A program made the position numbers and the translations under genes. The notes under the pieces were generated by a model. That model was given only the letters and a program-made list of their open reading frames with translations, had not been told where the DNA came from and ran no database searches. From NCBI RefSeq assembly GCF_028714215.1, contig NZ_JAQTMS010000024.1, positions 6,156-70,155 on the forward strand: DNA of 64,000 nt, written 5' to 3'. This DNA is from Rhodoferax sp. (GTDB taxonomy: Bacteria; Pseudomonadota; Gammaproteobacteria; Burkholderiales; Burkholderiaceae_C). This document shows positions 19,046-29,002 of the stretch, in pieces. Numbering within the stretch: the first letter of the stretch is position 1; each line of letters opens with the position of its first letter.

Positions 19046-20395
19046 ATGGCACGCGAAGGCAATCTGCAAGCTCCCACCCGCCACCCGATAGACTGGAAGG
19101 CTCCCGACTACTACAACGAAGAGGCCACGCTTCTTGAAATGGAGCGCATCTTCGATATCTGCCATGGCTGCCGCCGTTGCGTCAGCCTGTGCGGCTCGTT
19201 CCCCACGCTGTTCGATCTGGTGGACGAGAGCAAGAGCGGCGAGGTCGAGGGGGTAGACAAAAAAGACTACGCCCGCGTGGTCGATCAATGTTATCTGTGC
19301 GATCTGTGCTACATGACCAAGTGCCCTTACGTGCCACCGCACCAGTTCAATCTGGACTTTCCGCACACCATGCTGCGCGCCAAGGCGATCCGGTTCAAGA
19401 AGGGCGAAGTCTCGACGGCCGAGAAATTCCTGGCTTCCACCGATGTACACGGCCAGTTGGCGGGGATCCCTATCGTGGTCCAGGTGGCCAACGCGGTGAA
19501 TCAGACCAAGCTGGCGCGCAAGGTGCTGGAAAGTGTCGCCGGCGTCGATAAGAACGCCTGGTTGCCGTCGCTGGCGACGAAGAAGTTCCGTTCCGGCACG
19601 CCCCAGGCCAAGGCCACGTTGGTGACGCCGGGTGCCAAAACACCCGGCAAGGTCGCCATCTTTGCCACTTGCTACATCAACTACAACGAGCCCGGCATAG
19701 GCCTGGACTTGCTGAAGATTCTGGATCACAACGAGGTTCCCTATGTGATCGTGGAAAAAGAAAAATGCTGCGGCATGCCCAAGCTCGAACTCGGTGACCT
19801 GGAGTCCGTCAATGCCAGCAAGGAGGTCAATATTCCGGTGCTGGCCCGGTACGCCAGGGAGGGCTACGCGATCCTGGCAGCGGTGCCCAGTTGCGCCCTG
19901 ATGTTCAAGCAGGAACTGCCCTTGATGTACCCGATTGAGGCCGACGTGCAACTGGTCAAAGAGGCGATGTGGGACCCGTTCGAGTACCTGATGCAGCGCA
20001 AGCGCGACGGCCTGCTCAAGACCGAGTTCCCGGTGCCCCTGGGCAATGTGAGCTACCAGATTCCCTGCCACGGCCGGGTGCAGAACATCGGCAAGAAAAC
20101 CGAGGAGATGCTGAAGATGATTCCCGGCACCAGCCTCAACACGATAGAGCGCTGCTCGGGCCATGCCGGCACCTTCGGCGTGAAGAAAGCGACGCACCAG
20201 CAGGCCATGAAAATCGGCAAGCCGGTGTTCAAGGCGATGGCCAGCATGAAGGACGGCGCCAAGCCCGATTTCATCAGCTCCGACTGCCCGCTGGGCGGCC
20301 GCCACATTGCGCAGGGTTTTGAGGTCAACGGCCTGGGCGCGCCCCAGTTGCTGCACCCGCTGAGCCTGGTGGCCAAGGCTTATGGATTGAATTAA
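19046..20395 (+). CDS. Fe-S oxidoreductase (4Fe-4S dicluster plus CCG domains), rubrerythrin-associated
   Basis: CHGCRRCVSLC, CYLCDLCYMTKCP, CCGMP, CHGR, CSGHAG, SDCP. Confidence 0.9.
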   Translation: MAREGNLQAPTRHPIDWKAPDYYNEEATLLEMERIFDICHGCRRCVSLCGSFPTLFDLVDESKSGEVEGVDKKDYARVVDQCYLCDLCYMTKCPYVPPHQFNLDFPHTMLRAKAIRFKKGEVSTAEKFLASTDVHGQLAGIPIVVQVANAVNQTKLARKVLESVAGVDKNAWLPSLATKKFRSGTPQAKATLVTPGAKTPGKVAIFATCYINYNEPGIGLDLLKILDHNEVPYVIVEKEKCCGMPKLELGDLESVNASKEVNIPVLARYAREGYAILAAVPSCALMFKQELPLMYPIEADVQLVKEAMWDPFEYLMQRKRDGLLKTEFPVPLGNVSYQIPCHGRVQNIGKKTEEMLKMIPGTSLNTIERCSGHAGTFGVKKATHQQAMKIGKPVFKAMASMKDGAKPDFISSDCPLGGRHIAQGFEVNGLGAPQLLHPLSLVAKAYGLN

Positions 20396-20397
20396 CC

Positions 20398-20501
20398 TGT
20401 CATTGCGGCCCCGGATCAGGTCCGGGGTTTCAGCACCCGCAATCCATGGCGGCGCACCTTGGCGCGCGAGACATGGATCCCGGATCGAGTCCGGGATGAC
20501 A
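20398..20501 (+). repeat. Double-hairpin repeat, copy 2, with extra nested hairpin
   Basis: TGTCATTGCGG[CCCCGGATCAGGTCCGGGG]..CCCGCAATCCA...TGGATCCCGGATCGAGTCCGGGATGACA. Confidence 0.85.
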
Positions 20502-20519
20502 TTTCCTGGAGTAAACGAA

Positions 20520-21110
20520 ATGCAAATAACCCGACCTATCACCCCCGACAGCCTGATGACGCTGGAGGCCTACGCCAAGTGGCGAAAAGTCAACAAGCCC
20601 GCCGTCATGGCACAGCGCAAGCTGCGCAGCGTGCGCCTGGGCGAGTACATCAATGTGCAGTTTGAAAGCGAGACCACTGTTCGCTACCAGATCCAGGAGA
20701 TGCTGCGCATCGAGAAGATCTTCGAGGAAGAGGGCATCCAGCAGGAAATCGAGGCCTATGCGCCGCTGGTGCCGGACGGCGCCAACTGGAAGGCCACCAT
20801 GCTGCTGGAGTACCCCGACGTCAACCAGCGTCAGCGCGAACTGGCCCGCTTGATCGGGGTCGAGGACCGCATGTTCGTCGAGGTCGAGGGGCACAGCCGC
20901 GTCTATGCCATTGCCGACGAAGACCTGGAGCGCGAGAACGACGAAAAGACCTCGGCCGTGCACTTCGTGCGCTTCGAGTTGACGCCGCCCATGTGTGCCG
21001 CGGTCAAGGCCGGCGCCGCCGTCATGCTGGGCTGCGATCACAGCAATTACCCGGCGCACACCCAGATTGCGCCCGAGACAATGGCCTCGCTGGCGGGCGA
21101 CCTCAAATAG
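20520..21110 (+). CDS. DUF3501 family protein
   Basis: LMTLEAY, FESETTVRYQIQEMLRIEK, AYAPLVP, KTSAVHFVRF; the track start at 20403 reads through the repeat. Confidence 0.88.
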   Translation: MQITRPITPDSLMTLEAYAKWRKVNKPAVMAQRKLRSVRLGEYINVQFESETTVRYQIQEMLRIEKIFEEEGIQQEIEAYAPLVPDGANWKATMLLEYPDVNQRQRELARLIGVEDRMFVEVEGHSRVYAIADEDLERENDEKTSAVHFVRFELTPPMCAAVKAGAAVMLGCDHSNYPAHTQIAPETMASLAGDLK

Positions 21111-21189
21111 CCGGCTGCCTGGCGGTCACGATAATGACGACTTTGCTATTGATGTTTTCATAAGTCTTGACGCGCACCAGAGAGACGCA

Positions 21190-21244
21190 GTCATGCCGGA
21201 CTTGATCCGGCATCCATGGATTGCGGGTCAGGCCCGCAATGACA
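21190..21244 (-). repeat. Double-hairpin repeat, copy 3 (minimal form, opposite orientation)
   Basis: GTCATGCCGGACTTGATCCGGCATCCA-TGGATTGCGGGTCAGGCCCGCAATGACA. Confidence 0.9.
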
Positions 21245-21333
21245 AGGCGGCGTTGATTCTCGTGCGCTGGCGTCGTAAACATCAATAGAAGTCCTTTCCA
21301 TCTTGTCGAGCCTATTAAACGAGTAATGCCCCC

Positions 21334-22107
21334 GTGTTGTTTTTGCTGTCCCCCGCCAAATCCCTTGACTTCGATACGCAGGCGCCCGAGCTGCCGCACA
21401 GCCAGCCGCTGTTCGCCAAACAAGCCAGCGAATTGATTGGCCTGCTGCGAGAAAAGTCGCCGCAACAGATTGCCGCACTGATGGACTTGAGCGACAAGCT
21501 GGCGCTGCTCAACGTGGCGCGTTACCAGGCCTGGCGCCCCAGGGTCACTGCGAAAAACGCCAAGCCGGCGGTGCTGGCTTTCAATGGCGACGTCTATGAG
21601 GGGCTGGACGCCAAAAGTCTGCCCGCCGAAGAACTCGGCTGGCTGCAAGAGCATGTCTGCATCCTGAGTGGTTTGTACGGCGTGCTGCGGCCGCTGGACC
21701 GGATGCAGCCGTACCGGCTGGAGATGGGCACCGCGCTGGCAAACGCGCAAGGCCATAACCTCTACCAGTTCTGGGGCGCACAGATAGCGGCCTACCTGAA
21801 CCAGCGTCTGCGGCGCGATATCACGCCGGTGCTGGTCAACCTGGCATCGCAGGAATACTTCAAGGCGGTGGACCTGAAGGCGCTCAAGGCGCCCGTCATC
21901 GAATGCGTCTTTCAGGAGTACCGGGGCGGCCAGTACAAAGTCATCAGTTTCAACGCCAAGCGGGCACGCGGCCTGATGGCGCGCTATGCGGCAACACAGC
22001 GCGTCGTGACGCCGCAGCAGTTGCAGGCCTTTAGTGCTGAAGGCTACGCTTTCGATGCCTCGGCATCGGGACCGCAACGCTTTGTCTTCCGGCGCAAGCA
22101 ACCATGA
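21334..22107 (+). CDS. yaaA: Peroxide stress protein YaaA (UPF0246)
   Basis: LSPAKSLD, FNGDVYEGL, ILSGLYGVLRPLD..QPYRLEMG, NLASQEY, AKRARG. Confidence 0.95.
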   Translation: MLFLLSPAKSLDFDTQAPELPHSQPLFAKQASELIGLLREKSPQQIAALMDLSDKLALLNVARYQAWRPRVTAKNAKPAVLAFNGDVYEGLDAKSLPAEELGWLQEHVCILSGLYGVLRPLDRMQPYRLEMGTALANAQGHNLYQFWGAQIAAYLNQRLRRDITPVLVNLASQEYFKAVDLKALKAPVIECVFQEYRGGQYKVISFNAKRARGLMARYAATQRVVTPQQLQAFSAEGYAFDASASGPQRFVFRRKQP

Positions 22108-23009
22108 AAATCAGAGCCAACGGGATCGACATCGAAGTCGAGGACAGCGGTCCGGGCGCCATTGGGGAAGAGCGGCCGGCGGTGCTGCTGATCATGGGCC
22201 TGGGCATGCAACTGATCGCCTGGCCGGCGCCACTGGTGCAAGCCTTGGTGATGGCCGGCTACCGGGTGATACGGCATGACAACCGCGACGTCGGCTTGAG
22301 CCAGCACCTGACGCCGCTGGGCCAGCCCAACCTGCTCTGGCAAGGCCTGAAATTCAAGCTCGGCTTGCCGCCGCGTGCGCCCTACAGTCTGAGCGACATG
22401 GCGGCCGATTCGCTGGGCGTGCTGGCTGCCCTGGGCATCCGGCAAGCGCATGTGGTGGGTGCCAGCATGGGCGGCATGATTGCGCAGCGGGTCGCACTGG
22501 CGGCGCCGGACCGGGTTCTGAGCCTGACCAGCATCATGAGCAGCAGCGGTGCCAAGGGCTTGCCGCAGGCCCGGCCCGAGGTCATGGCGGCGCTGCTCAG
22601 GCGCCCGGCCAGCCACAGTCCGCAGGCGCTGGCGGACCATTACGTCAGGCTGTTCCAGGTGATTGGCAGCCCGGCCCACGCGACGCCCGAGCCGGAACTG
22701 CGCGAGCGCATCCTGCAAGGGGTGGCGCGCGGTTATGACCCGGTCGGCACGCAGCGGCAAATGCTGGCCATCATGGCCGACAGCGGCCGAGCCGCGCAGT
22801 TGTCGCGCATCGCCGCGCCAACCCTGGTACTGCACGGCAAAGCCGATCCCCTGGTGCCCTTCGCCCACGGCCAGGACACGGCGCGGCGCATCCCCGGCGC
22901 CAAACTGGTGGGCATCGAAGGCATGGGCCATGACTTGCCGCCGGGCGCGCTAACGCAGATACTCGACGCGCTGTTGGCGCATTTGAAATACAGCCGCACC
23001 AGTTCATGA
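22104..23009 (+). CDS. Alpha/beta hydrolase
   Basis: [20 protein letters not shown] nucleophile elbow, [14 protein letters not shown]. Confidence 0.92.
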   Translation: MKIRANGIDIEVEDSGPGAIGEERPAVLLIMGLGMQLIAWPAPLVQALVMAGYRVIRHDNRDVGLSQHLTPLGQPNLLWQGLKFKLGLPPRAPYSLSDMAADSLGVLAALGIRQAHVVGASMGGMIAQRVALAAPDRVLSLTSIMSSSGAKGLPQARPEVMAALLRRPASHSPQALADHYVRLFQVIGSPAHATPEPELRERILQGVARGYDPVGTQRQMLAIMADSGRAAQLSRIAAPTLVLHGKADPLVPFAHGQDTARRIPGAKLVGIEGMGHDLPPGALTQILDALLAHLKYSRTSS

Positions 23010-23848
23010 ACCAGCCCGAAAACTCCCCGCTGGGCAAGCCCGCCCCCTACATCGACCAGTACGATGCTTCGCTGCTGTTCCCGATCGCGCGCGCCGGCAA
23101 ACGCGCCGAGATCGGCATCCTTGGGGCGCCGCCGTTTCTGGGCGCCGACATGTGGAGCGCGTTCGAGCTGAGCTGGCTCAGTTTGCGCGGCAAGCCGCAG
23201 GTCGCGCTGGCGCATTTCACGGTGCCCTGCGAAAGCCCCAACATCATCGAGAGCAAGTCCCTCAAGCTCTATCTCAACAGCTTCAACAACACGCAGTTTG
23301 CCGACGTCGAGGCGGTCAAAAACCGGCTGCGCGCGGACTTGAGCGAAGCCCTGTGGCGCGGCAGCAGTCCGGCCTCCATCGGGGTCAAGATTCTGCTGCC
23401 CGAATGGTTCGACCGGGAGCCTATCCACGAGCTCGACGGCCTGAGCCTGGACCGGCTCGACGTCGAGTGCAACCGCTACACGCCGGCACCGGATCTGCTC
23501 AAGGTGATCGCGGACCAGGCGCCGGTGACCGAGGTGCTGGTCAGCAACCTGCTCAAGAGCAATTGCCTGGTGACGGGCCAGCCGGACTGGGGCAGCGTGC
23601 AGATCAGCTACAGCGGCGCGGCTATCGAACAAGAGGGTCTGCTGCAATACCTGGTGAGTTTTCGCAACCACAACGAATTTCATGAGCAGTGCGTGGAGCG
23701 CATCTTCATGGACATCTGGACCCGCTGCAAGCCGATCAAGCTGGCGGTCTACGCCCGCTACACGCGCCGCGGCGGACTCGATATCAATCCGTTTCGCACC
23801 AGCTACCCGCAGGCGCTACCGCCCAACATCCGCACGGCGCGGCAATAG
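23006..23848 (+). CDS. queF: NADPH-dependent 7-cyano-7-deazaguanine reductase, two-domain QueF
   Basis: [46 protein letters not shown]. Confidence 0.96.
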   Translation: MNQPENSPLGKPAPYIDQYDASLLFPIARAGKRAEIGILGAPPFLGADMWSAFELSWLSLRGKPQVALAHFTVPCESPNIIESKSLKLYLNSFNNTQFADVEAVKNRLRADLSEALWRGSSPASIGVKILLPEWFDREPIHELDGLSLDRLDVECNRYTPAPDLLKVIADQAPVTEVLVSNLLKSNCLVTGQPDWGSVQISYSGAAIEQEGLLQYLVSFRNHNEFHEQCVERIFMDIWTRCKPIKLAVYARYTRRGGLDINPFRTSYPQALPPNIRTARQ

Positions 23849-23887
23849 CGCAAACACGGCGGACTCGACTGCGGCGCAGCCCGCTTT

Positions 23888-25069
23888 TCAGCCCAGCAGA
23901 CTGGCCGCTTCGCGTGCCGCTACCAGACCCTCGTCGGTCGGAATCACCCACAACTGGACCCGGCTTTCGGGGCGGTGGATGGCCAGCACCTGGTCGCCCG
24001 TGGCTTGCAGGTTGAGAGCAGGGTCCAGCGCCACGCCCAGCCAGGCCAGGCGCTCGCAGACCTGGGCCCGCAGCACCGCGTCATGCTCGCCGATGCCGCC
24101 GCTGAAGCTCAGCACATCGAGCCCGCCCAGACAGGCCACCAGGGCGCCCGATTCGCGCACGATGCGGTGCGTGAACATGTCGATGGCCTGCTGCGCCGCC
24201 ACACTGCCGTCGGCGCGCAGGCTGCGCATGTCGGCCGAGATGCCGGAGACGCCCAGCAAGCCGCTTTGCTTGTAGAGCAGGGTTTGCAGCCGGTCGTGGT
24301 CCCAGCCCTGCTCCAGCAGGTACAGCAGCACGCCAGCGTCGAGCGCGCCGCAGCGGCTGCCCATCATCAAGCCGTCCAGGGTCGAGAAGCCCATGGTGGT
24401 GGCGCAACTGCGCCCCTCCAGCGCCGCGCACAGGCTGGCGCCATTACCCAGGTGAGCCATCAGGACCCGGCCGCCGGCCAGGGTGCTGCGCTGCTGCAGC
24501 ACACCCATCACGTACTGGTACGACAGGCCATGAAAACCGTAGCGCCGCACACCTTGCTGGGCCAGCCACGGTGGCAGGGCAAAGCGGTAATCGACCTCGG
24601 CCAGCGTGGCATGGAAAGCGGTGTCGAAGCAGGCCACCTGCGGCAGCGCCGGAAAGGCTTTTTGGAAGGCCCGGATGCCTTGCAGGTTTTGCGGCTGGTG
24701 CAACGGCGCCAGCGAATTGAGCAGTGTCAGCCGCGCCAGCACATCCTCGGTGACGCGCACGCTGGCGCAGAAGTCGACGCCGCCATGGACCACGCGGTGC
24801 GCAATCGCTTCGATGGCCGGAATGGCAGGGTCACCGGCCAGGAGTTCGCGCAGACAGCGCAGCGCTTGCGCGAAGCGGTCGCCGTCGGTGGCTGGCAGCG
24901 AGCGGCTTTGCCGGCGCGCCGCAAAAGTCCAGTCCAGGCGCGGCGCACCGCCCGGCTCCAGCCCCTCGATGCTGCCGCTCAGCAGGCTGGGCTGGACGAC
25001 GCCGTCTTGCAGCGGGTGGAGAGAAAATTTGAGCGTGGAGGAGCCCGCATTGACGCTGAGAATGGCCAT
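23888..25069 (-). CDS. ackA: Acetate/propionate kinase
   Basis: NAGSSTLKF, HRVVHGG, APLHQP, FDTAFH, RYGFHGLSY, HLGNGAS, GGIGE. Confidence 0.93.
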   Translation of the reverse strand: MAILSVNAGSSTLKFSLHPLQDGVVQPSLLSGSIEGLEPGGAPRLDWTFAARRQSRSLPATDGDRFAQALRCLRELLAGDPAIPAIEAIAHRVVHGGVDFCASVRVTEDVLARLTLLNSLAPLHQPQNLQGIRAFQKAFPALPQVACFDTAFHATLAEVDYRFALPPWLAQQGVRRYGFHGLSYQYVMGVLQQRSTLAGGRVLMAHLGNGASLCAALEGRSCATTMGFSTLDGLMMGSRCGALDAGVLLYLLEQGWDHDRLQTLLYKQSGLLGVSGISADMRSLRADGSVAAQQAIDMFTHRIVRESGALVACLGGLDVLSFSGGIGEHDAVLRAQVCERLAWLGVALDPALNLQATGDQVLAIHRPESRVQLWVIPTDEGLVAAREAASLLG

Positions 25070-25075
25070 GAGGTG

Positions 25076-26497
25076 CTACCAGACCTGGCGTGCGTGATCG
25101 CGGCTGTTGTGGTGCGCCGCCAGCAGGGCCAGCAGGGCCGAGGCGACCCGGTTCATGGGGCCGTCGGCGCGGCTGGTCAGCGCAATCGGCACGCGCGCGC
25201 CCAGCACCAGGCCGGCACCGCTGGCGCCGGCCAGGTACTCCAGTTGCTTGGCCAGCATGTTGCCCGATTCCAGGTCCGGCACGGCCAGAATGTCGGCGTT
25301 GCCGGCGACCAGCGACTTGATGTTCTTGATTTGCGCGGCGTGCGCCGAGATGGCGTTGTCGAAAGCCAGCGGGCCGTCCAGCAGGCCGCCCTTGATCTGG
25401 CCGCGCTCGGCCATCTTGCACAGCGCGGCGGCGTCCAGCGTCGACGGGATGTTGGGATTCACGGTTTCCACGGCGGACAGGATGGCGACCTTGGGCGTCT
25501 TGACGCCCAGGACGCGGGCAAAGTCGATGGCGTTCTGGATGATGTCGACTTTTTCCGGCAGGGTCGGGCGGATGTTGAGTGCCGCGTCGGTGATCAGCAA
25601 AGGCTTGCTGTAGAGCGGGATGTCGAAGCGAAACACATGCGACATACGCCGGCCGGTGCGCAAAGAGCGCTGCGCCAGCACGGCGTGCACCAACTCGTCG
25701 GTGTGCAGGCTGCCTTTCATCAGCATCGCCACCTCGCCCTTGACGGCCAGGTCAGCGGCTTTCTCTGCCGCCGCATGGCTGTGCGGCACCGAGATGATCT
25801 CGACGCCGGTCAGGTCGATGCCGGACTGCTCGGCCAGATGGCGCAGCCGCACTTCGGGGCCTATCAGCAGCGGCACAATCAAACCGTAGCGCGCCGCGTC
25901 CATGGCACCGCTGAGCGAGCCGGCGTCGCAGGGGTGCACCACGGCGCAGCGCAGCGCCGCCAGCCCGCTACCCAGCGCCAGCAATTCCTTGAAACGGGCT
26001 TCCGGGTCGAACAACTGGATTTGCGGTGCATGGACCTGCGGCACGCGTACTTTTTCGGTCGGCGCCAGGACGCGGGCCGTGCCGTGCAGCACGCGCTCGC
26101 CCTTCTGGTTGAGCACCTGGCAATCGAGCGCCACGCTCTTGTTGCTGTCGTCCTTGCTGACCACGGTGACGGTCACGGTCAAGGTGTCGCCGACGCGAAC
26201 CGGTCGGGTGAAGTGCAGCGCCTGGTCCAGGTAAATAGTGCCGGGGCCGGGAAACTGCGTGCCCAGCAGCGCCGAAATCAGGGCGCCGCTCCACATGCCG
26301 TGGGCGATCACGCCGTGGTACAGGGTGTCGTTGGCGTACTCGGCATCCAGGTGGGCCGGGTTGGTGTCGCCGGAGACGGCGGCGAAGGCCTGGATGTCGT
26401 TGAGCGTCAGGGTGCGCAGCAGGCGGGCGCTTTGGCCCACGGTGATTTCGTCGTAAGTGACGTTTTCGACAAGGTCGGAGCTCAGTGGAAAATTCAT
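25076..26497 (-). CDS. Bifunctional MaoC-type (R)-enoyl-CoA hydratase / phosphate acetyltransferase
   Basis: SGDTNPAHLD...AHGMW MaoC motif; KGSLHTD, TDAALNIRP, DGPLAFDNA, PDLESGNMLAK PTA/PTB motifs. Confidence 0.92.
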   Translation of the reverse strand: MNFPLSSDLVENVTYDEITVGQSARLLRTLTLNDIQAFAAVSGDTNPAHLDAEYANDTLYHGVIAHGMWSGALISALLGTQFPGPGTIYLDQALHFTRPVRVGDTLTVTVTVVSKDDSNKSVALDCQVLNQKGERVLHGTARVLAPTEKVRVPQVHAPQIQLFDPEARFKELLALGSGLAALRCAVVHPCDAGSLSGAMDAARYGLIVPLLIGPEVRLRHLAEQSGIDLTGVEIISVPHSHAAAEKAADLAVKGEVAMLMKGSLHTDELVHAVLAQRSLRTGRRMSHVFRFDIPLYSKPLLITDAALNIRPTLPEKVDIIQNAIDFARVLGVKTPKVAILSAVETVNPNIPSTLDAAALCKMAERGQIKGGLLDGPLAFDNAISAHAAQIKNIKSLVAGNADILAVPDLESGNMLAKQLEYLAGASGAGLVLGARVPIALTSRADGPMNRVASALLALLAAHHNSRDHARQVW

Positions 26498-26554
26498 AAT
26501 GGCTCAAGTATCTACGGGAAAACCCTTGGTTTTGAGCCGGCCCCGCACTTATTT

Positions 26555-26568
26555 TTGATGCGGATCAC
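26555..26568. promoter_or_regulatory. FNR-like box upstream of MaoC-pta/ackA
   Basis: TTGAT-GCGG-ATCAC, 9/10 match, about 60 bp upstream of ATG 26497. Confidence 0.6.
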
Positions 26569-26576
26569 TAATTCAT

Positions 26577-27410
26577 TCAAACGATATCCCGAAAACCGCG
26601 CAAGGGCTGTAGCGCGGCAAACTCGGGCGTGCGTTTGCCCTTCATCGCCAGCACCGCTTCCATCACGTTCTTGTTGCTCCAGATGGCGCCTTGCAGCCAG
26701 CCCATCTGCTTCAGCGCCTCGTCCACCGAGTGGTCGCGGGCGTAGTGCACGGCCTGCTTGGTACCCCAGATCGCCACCGGGGGTTTGGTCGCAATCTCGG
26801 CGGCGCACTGCAGGGCCGCCGCCAGCATCGCCTGCGGCGTCTCGAAGACTTCGTTGACCAGACCGTAAGCCGCAGCCTTCTGGGCACTCAGGCGCCGGCC
26901 GGTATAGGCCAGCTCTTTCACCAGGGCCAGCGGAACCAATTTGGGCAGGCGTTGCAGCGTGCCGACGTCCGCCACCATGCCGATGTTGATTTCCTGAATG
27001 CAGAAGAAGGCGTCGGCCGTGGCATAGCGCAGGCAGCAGGCCGTCACCATGTCGACGGCGCCGCCGATACAGCCGCCCTGGATGGCGGCAATCACCGGTA
27101 TGCGCAGCGTCTCCAGCTTGCTGAAAGTGGCCTGCATATCGGTCAGCAGGTCAAACATGGCGGCGCGGCCTTCCGGGCTCTGGTCGTCCATGGTGATGGC
27201 GCCGGCAAAAGTCTCCAGCGCCATGCCGGCGCTGAAGTGCTTGCCCGTGCTGCTGATGAGCAGGACGCGGGCTTGCGCGTCCTTGTGCAGCGCGCTCAGT
27301 ACCTCGTCAAGCTCGCGCCAGAAGGTCGGGCCCATGGTGTTCAAGGCGTCGGGCTGGTTCAGCACCAGGTGGGCGATGTGGTTTTCAGTGGTCAGGGAAA
27401 AACAATGCAT
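26577..27410 (-). CDS. Enoyl-CoA hydratase/isomerase (dienoyl-CoA isomerase-like)
   Basis: HFSAGM, QGGCIGGAVD, QEINIGMVADVGTLQRLP. Confidence 0.9.
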   Translation of the reverse strand: MHCFSLTTENHIAHLVLNQPDALNTMGPTFWRELDEVLSALHKDAQARVLLISSTGKHFSAGMALETFAGAITMDDQSPEGRAAMFDLLTDMQATFSKLETLRIPVIAAIQGGCIGGAVDMVTACCLRYATADAFFCIQEINIGMVADVGTLQRLPKLVPLALVKELAYTGRRLSAQKAAAYGLVNEVFETPQAMLAAALQCAAEIATKPPVAIWGTKQAVHYARDHSVDEALKQMGWLQGAIWSNKNVMEAVLAMKGKRTPEFAALQPLRGFRDIV

Positions 27411-27609
27411 GGTGGGGGTCTCCTGTGGAGTACCGATTATTGCCTTGGTGCGCTCCGGCCTTGGGTGCCTGGGTGGGATGGGTGGCCTGAGCAAACCCAA
27501 TGGACATAGGCAGGGCCACTAAATATTCTGAATGAACCGGGCTTGACTCAGACCTTTTTGGATGGCGAACAAGTTAAGCTCAGCAGTGCCTGCCACCTCG
27601 GCAAACTCA

Positions 27610-27687
27610 ATGCGCGGCAACTGGCGCATGACATTTACGTTTGAAGGCACGGATGCCGTGCTGGTGGACTATCAGGACTATCACCAG
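27610..27687 (+). pseudogene. C-terminal remnant of a HigB (RelE-fold) toxin gene
   Basis: Own translation GNWRMTFTFEGTDAVLVDYQDYH matches the HigB C-terminus; the next codon is CAG rather than a stop and no N-terminal part is seen. Confidence 0.8.
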
Positions 27688-27698
27688 GAGATTCAAGA

Positions 27699-28010
27699 AT
27701 GGCACGCATGTTTAACCCTCTGCATCCCGGCTTGATGCTGCGTGACGATGTGTTGCCAGCGCTGGGGCTGAGTGTCACCGAAGCCGCGCAACAGTTGGGA
27801 GTGTCCCGCGTCGCGCTGTCCCGCGTGCTCAATGGCCGTGCGGCTATTTCGCCCGAAATGGCCTTGCGTATCGAGGCCTGGCTGGGCCTGGCGCGTGGTG
27901 GTGAAGCACGTCTATGGCTGGCAGAACAAAGCGCTTATGACGTGTGGCAAGCGGTACAGAAATTCAAGGCCCAGCCGATGCACGTTCAACCCGCACCCGC
28001 GGCAGCTTGA
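27699..28010 (+). CDS. higA: HigA-family addiction module antitoxin
   Basis: MFNPLHPGLMLRDDVL, LGVSRVALSRVLNGRAAISPEMALRI, WLAEQSAYD. Confidence 0.92.
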   Translation: MARMFNPLHPGLMLRDDVLPALGLSVTEAAQQLGVSRVALSRVLNGRAAISPEMALRIEAWLGLARGGEARLWLAEQSAYDVWQAVQKFKAQPMHVQPAPAAA

Positions 28011-28300
28011 ACCGCTTGCCGGGCGCCTGAACATGGCGGCCCTTGGTCGTCGGTACGTGGACCTGCGAGCAGCCGTGGACATCTTCACGGGGTACTGCGG
28101 CAACGCAGCGGGGAGCCTCTCGCAAATATCCCCCATTTGGGGGATATGCAAGAGTTCAGTGCGCAATGAAAATCGCTCATTGCATGTTCGCGAACCCCAC
28201 GCAACTGTGTCTGTGACTTGCACGATCCCGATATTGCGCATCGGGATGGCTGGGGATGAATCAATTTCGACCGTCGTACGCCTTGAACAGGAGAACCATA

Positions 28301-28792
28301 ATGAACGCTTTGCCCGCTGCATCGACGGGAAGTAGGATTAAAGGGCTTTGGTTCGTGTTCTCGCTTGGGAAGAACACGATCAGGGGCTGGAGTTCCATTC
28401 TGTCCGGTTTGGAGCGCATCTACGTTGACAATGCGCTCGTGTCAGAGCGCAGAAGCTGGGCAAAATCGAGCAAACATACCTTCGCTGTAGCCGGCGAGGA
28501 ATACGCTGTGGCATTCCGGACCATAAGCATCTTAGAGGGACACATCGAGTGCAGCCTCTTAAAAGACGGTCAAGCGAAGCAGACGTATCTGGCAAAGTAC
28601 CTCCCCCGCAAGCCGATTTCAATTGTCCATTTGCTGCTTGGCTTGGCCGCTGGTTTTGGTGTTGGTTTTCTTACAGGCCATTTTCAGCGGTCGCTGTGGA
28701 CAATTCTTGGTTTTGTTTTCTTGGTGCACTTGGTGCGGGAGAGGACGCGAGAGACGCGTAGCTTTTCAATTGAAGAGATCAAGCCGGCCTGA
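28301..28792 (+). CDS. Hypothetical protein with two C-terminal TM helices
   Basis: RBS CAGGAG before ATG 28301; atypical codon usage; hydrophobic C-terminus. Confidence 0.7.
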   Translation: MNALPAASTGSRIKGLWFVFSLGKNTIRGWSSILSGLERIYVDNALVSERRSWAKSSKHTFAVAGEEYAVAFRTISILEGHIECSLLKDGQAKQTYLAKYLPRKPISIVHLLLGLAAGFGVGFLTGHFQRSLWTILGFVFLVHLVRERTRETRSFSIEEIKPA

Positions 28793-29002
28793 AGATGCGA
28801 TCCAGCGTACCTGCTTGCCCCAGACACGCTGAAGGGCATCAATTCAATGACGTGCGATACAGCATGGGTGGCGTTGTCGCTCGACAAATGATTGCCCAAG
28901 GTTTCCCCCTAACAAAGCTTGCAATTGTCTGCACGCCGCCTGCGAACCGCCAGTGCCTAAATCGGCGCAGAATCAACAGTAACACATGTGTTACTGTTGC
29001 GC

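Noticed and set aside
20403-20519. N-terminal extension of DUF3501 (also hemW 3695, atuC 6576, valS 18406)
   Set aside because: Extensions run through repeats or promoter DNA; downstream ATGs fit better
23975-26857. 960-aa plus-strand ORF, and similar long shadows at 6702-8450, 18785-20542, 32294-33973, 35298-38024 and 60713-62686
   Set aside because: Antisense to well-supported genes, with no motifs; expected from GC-rich codon bias
27772-28335. 187-aa ORF spanning higA and downstream DNA
   Set aside because: Overlaps higA in another frame and has no recognisable motif
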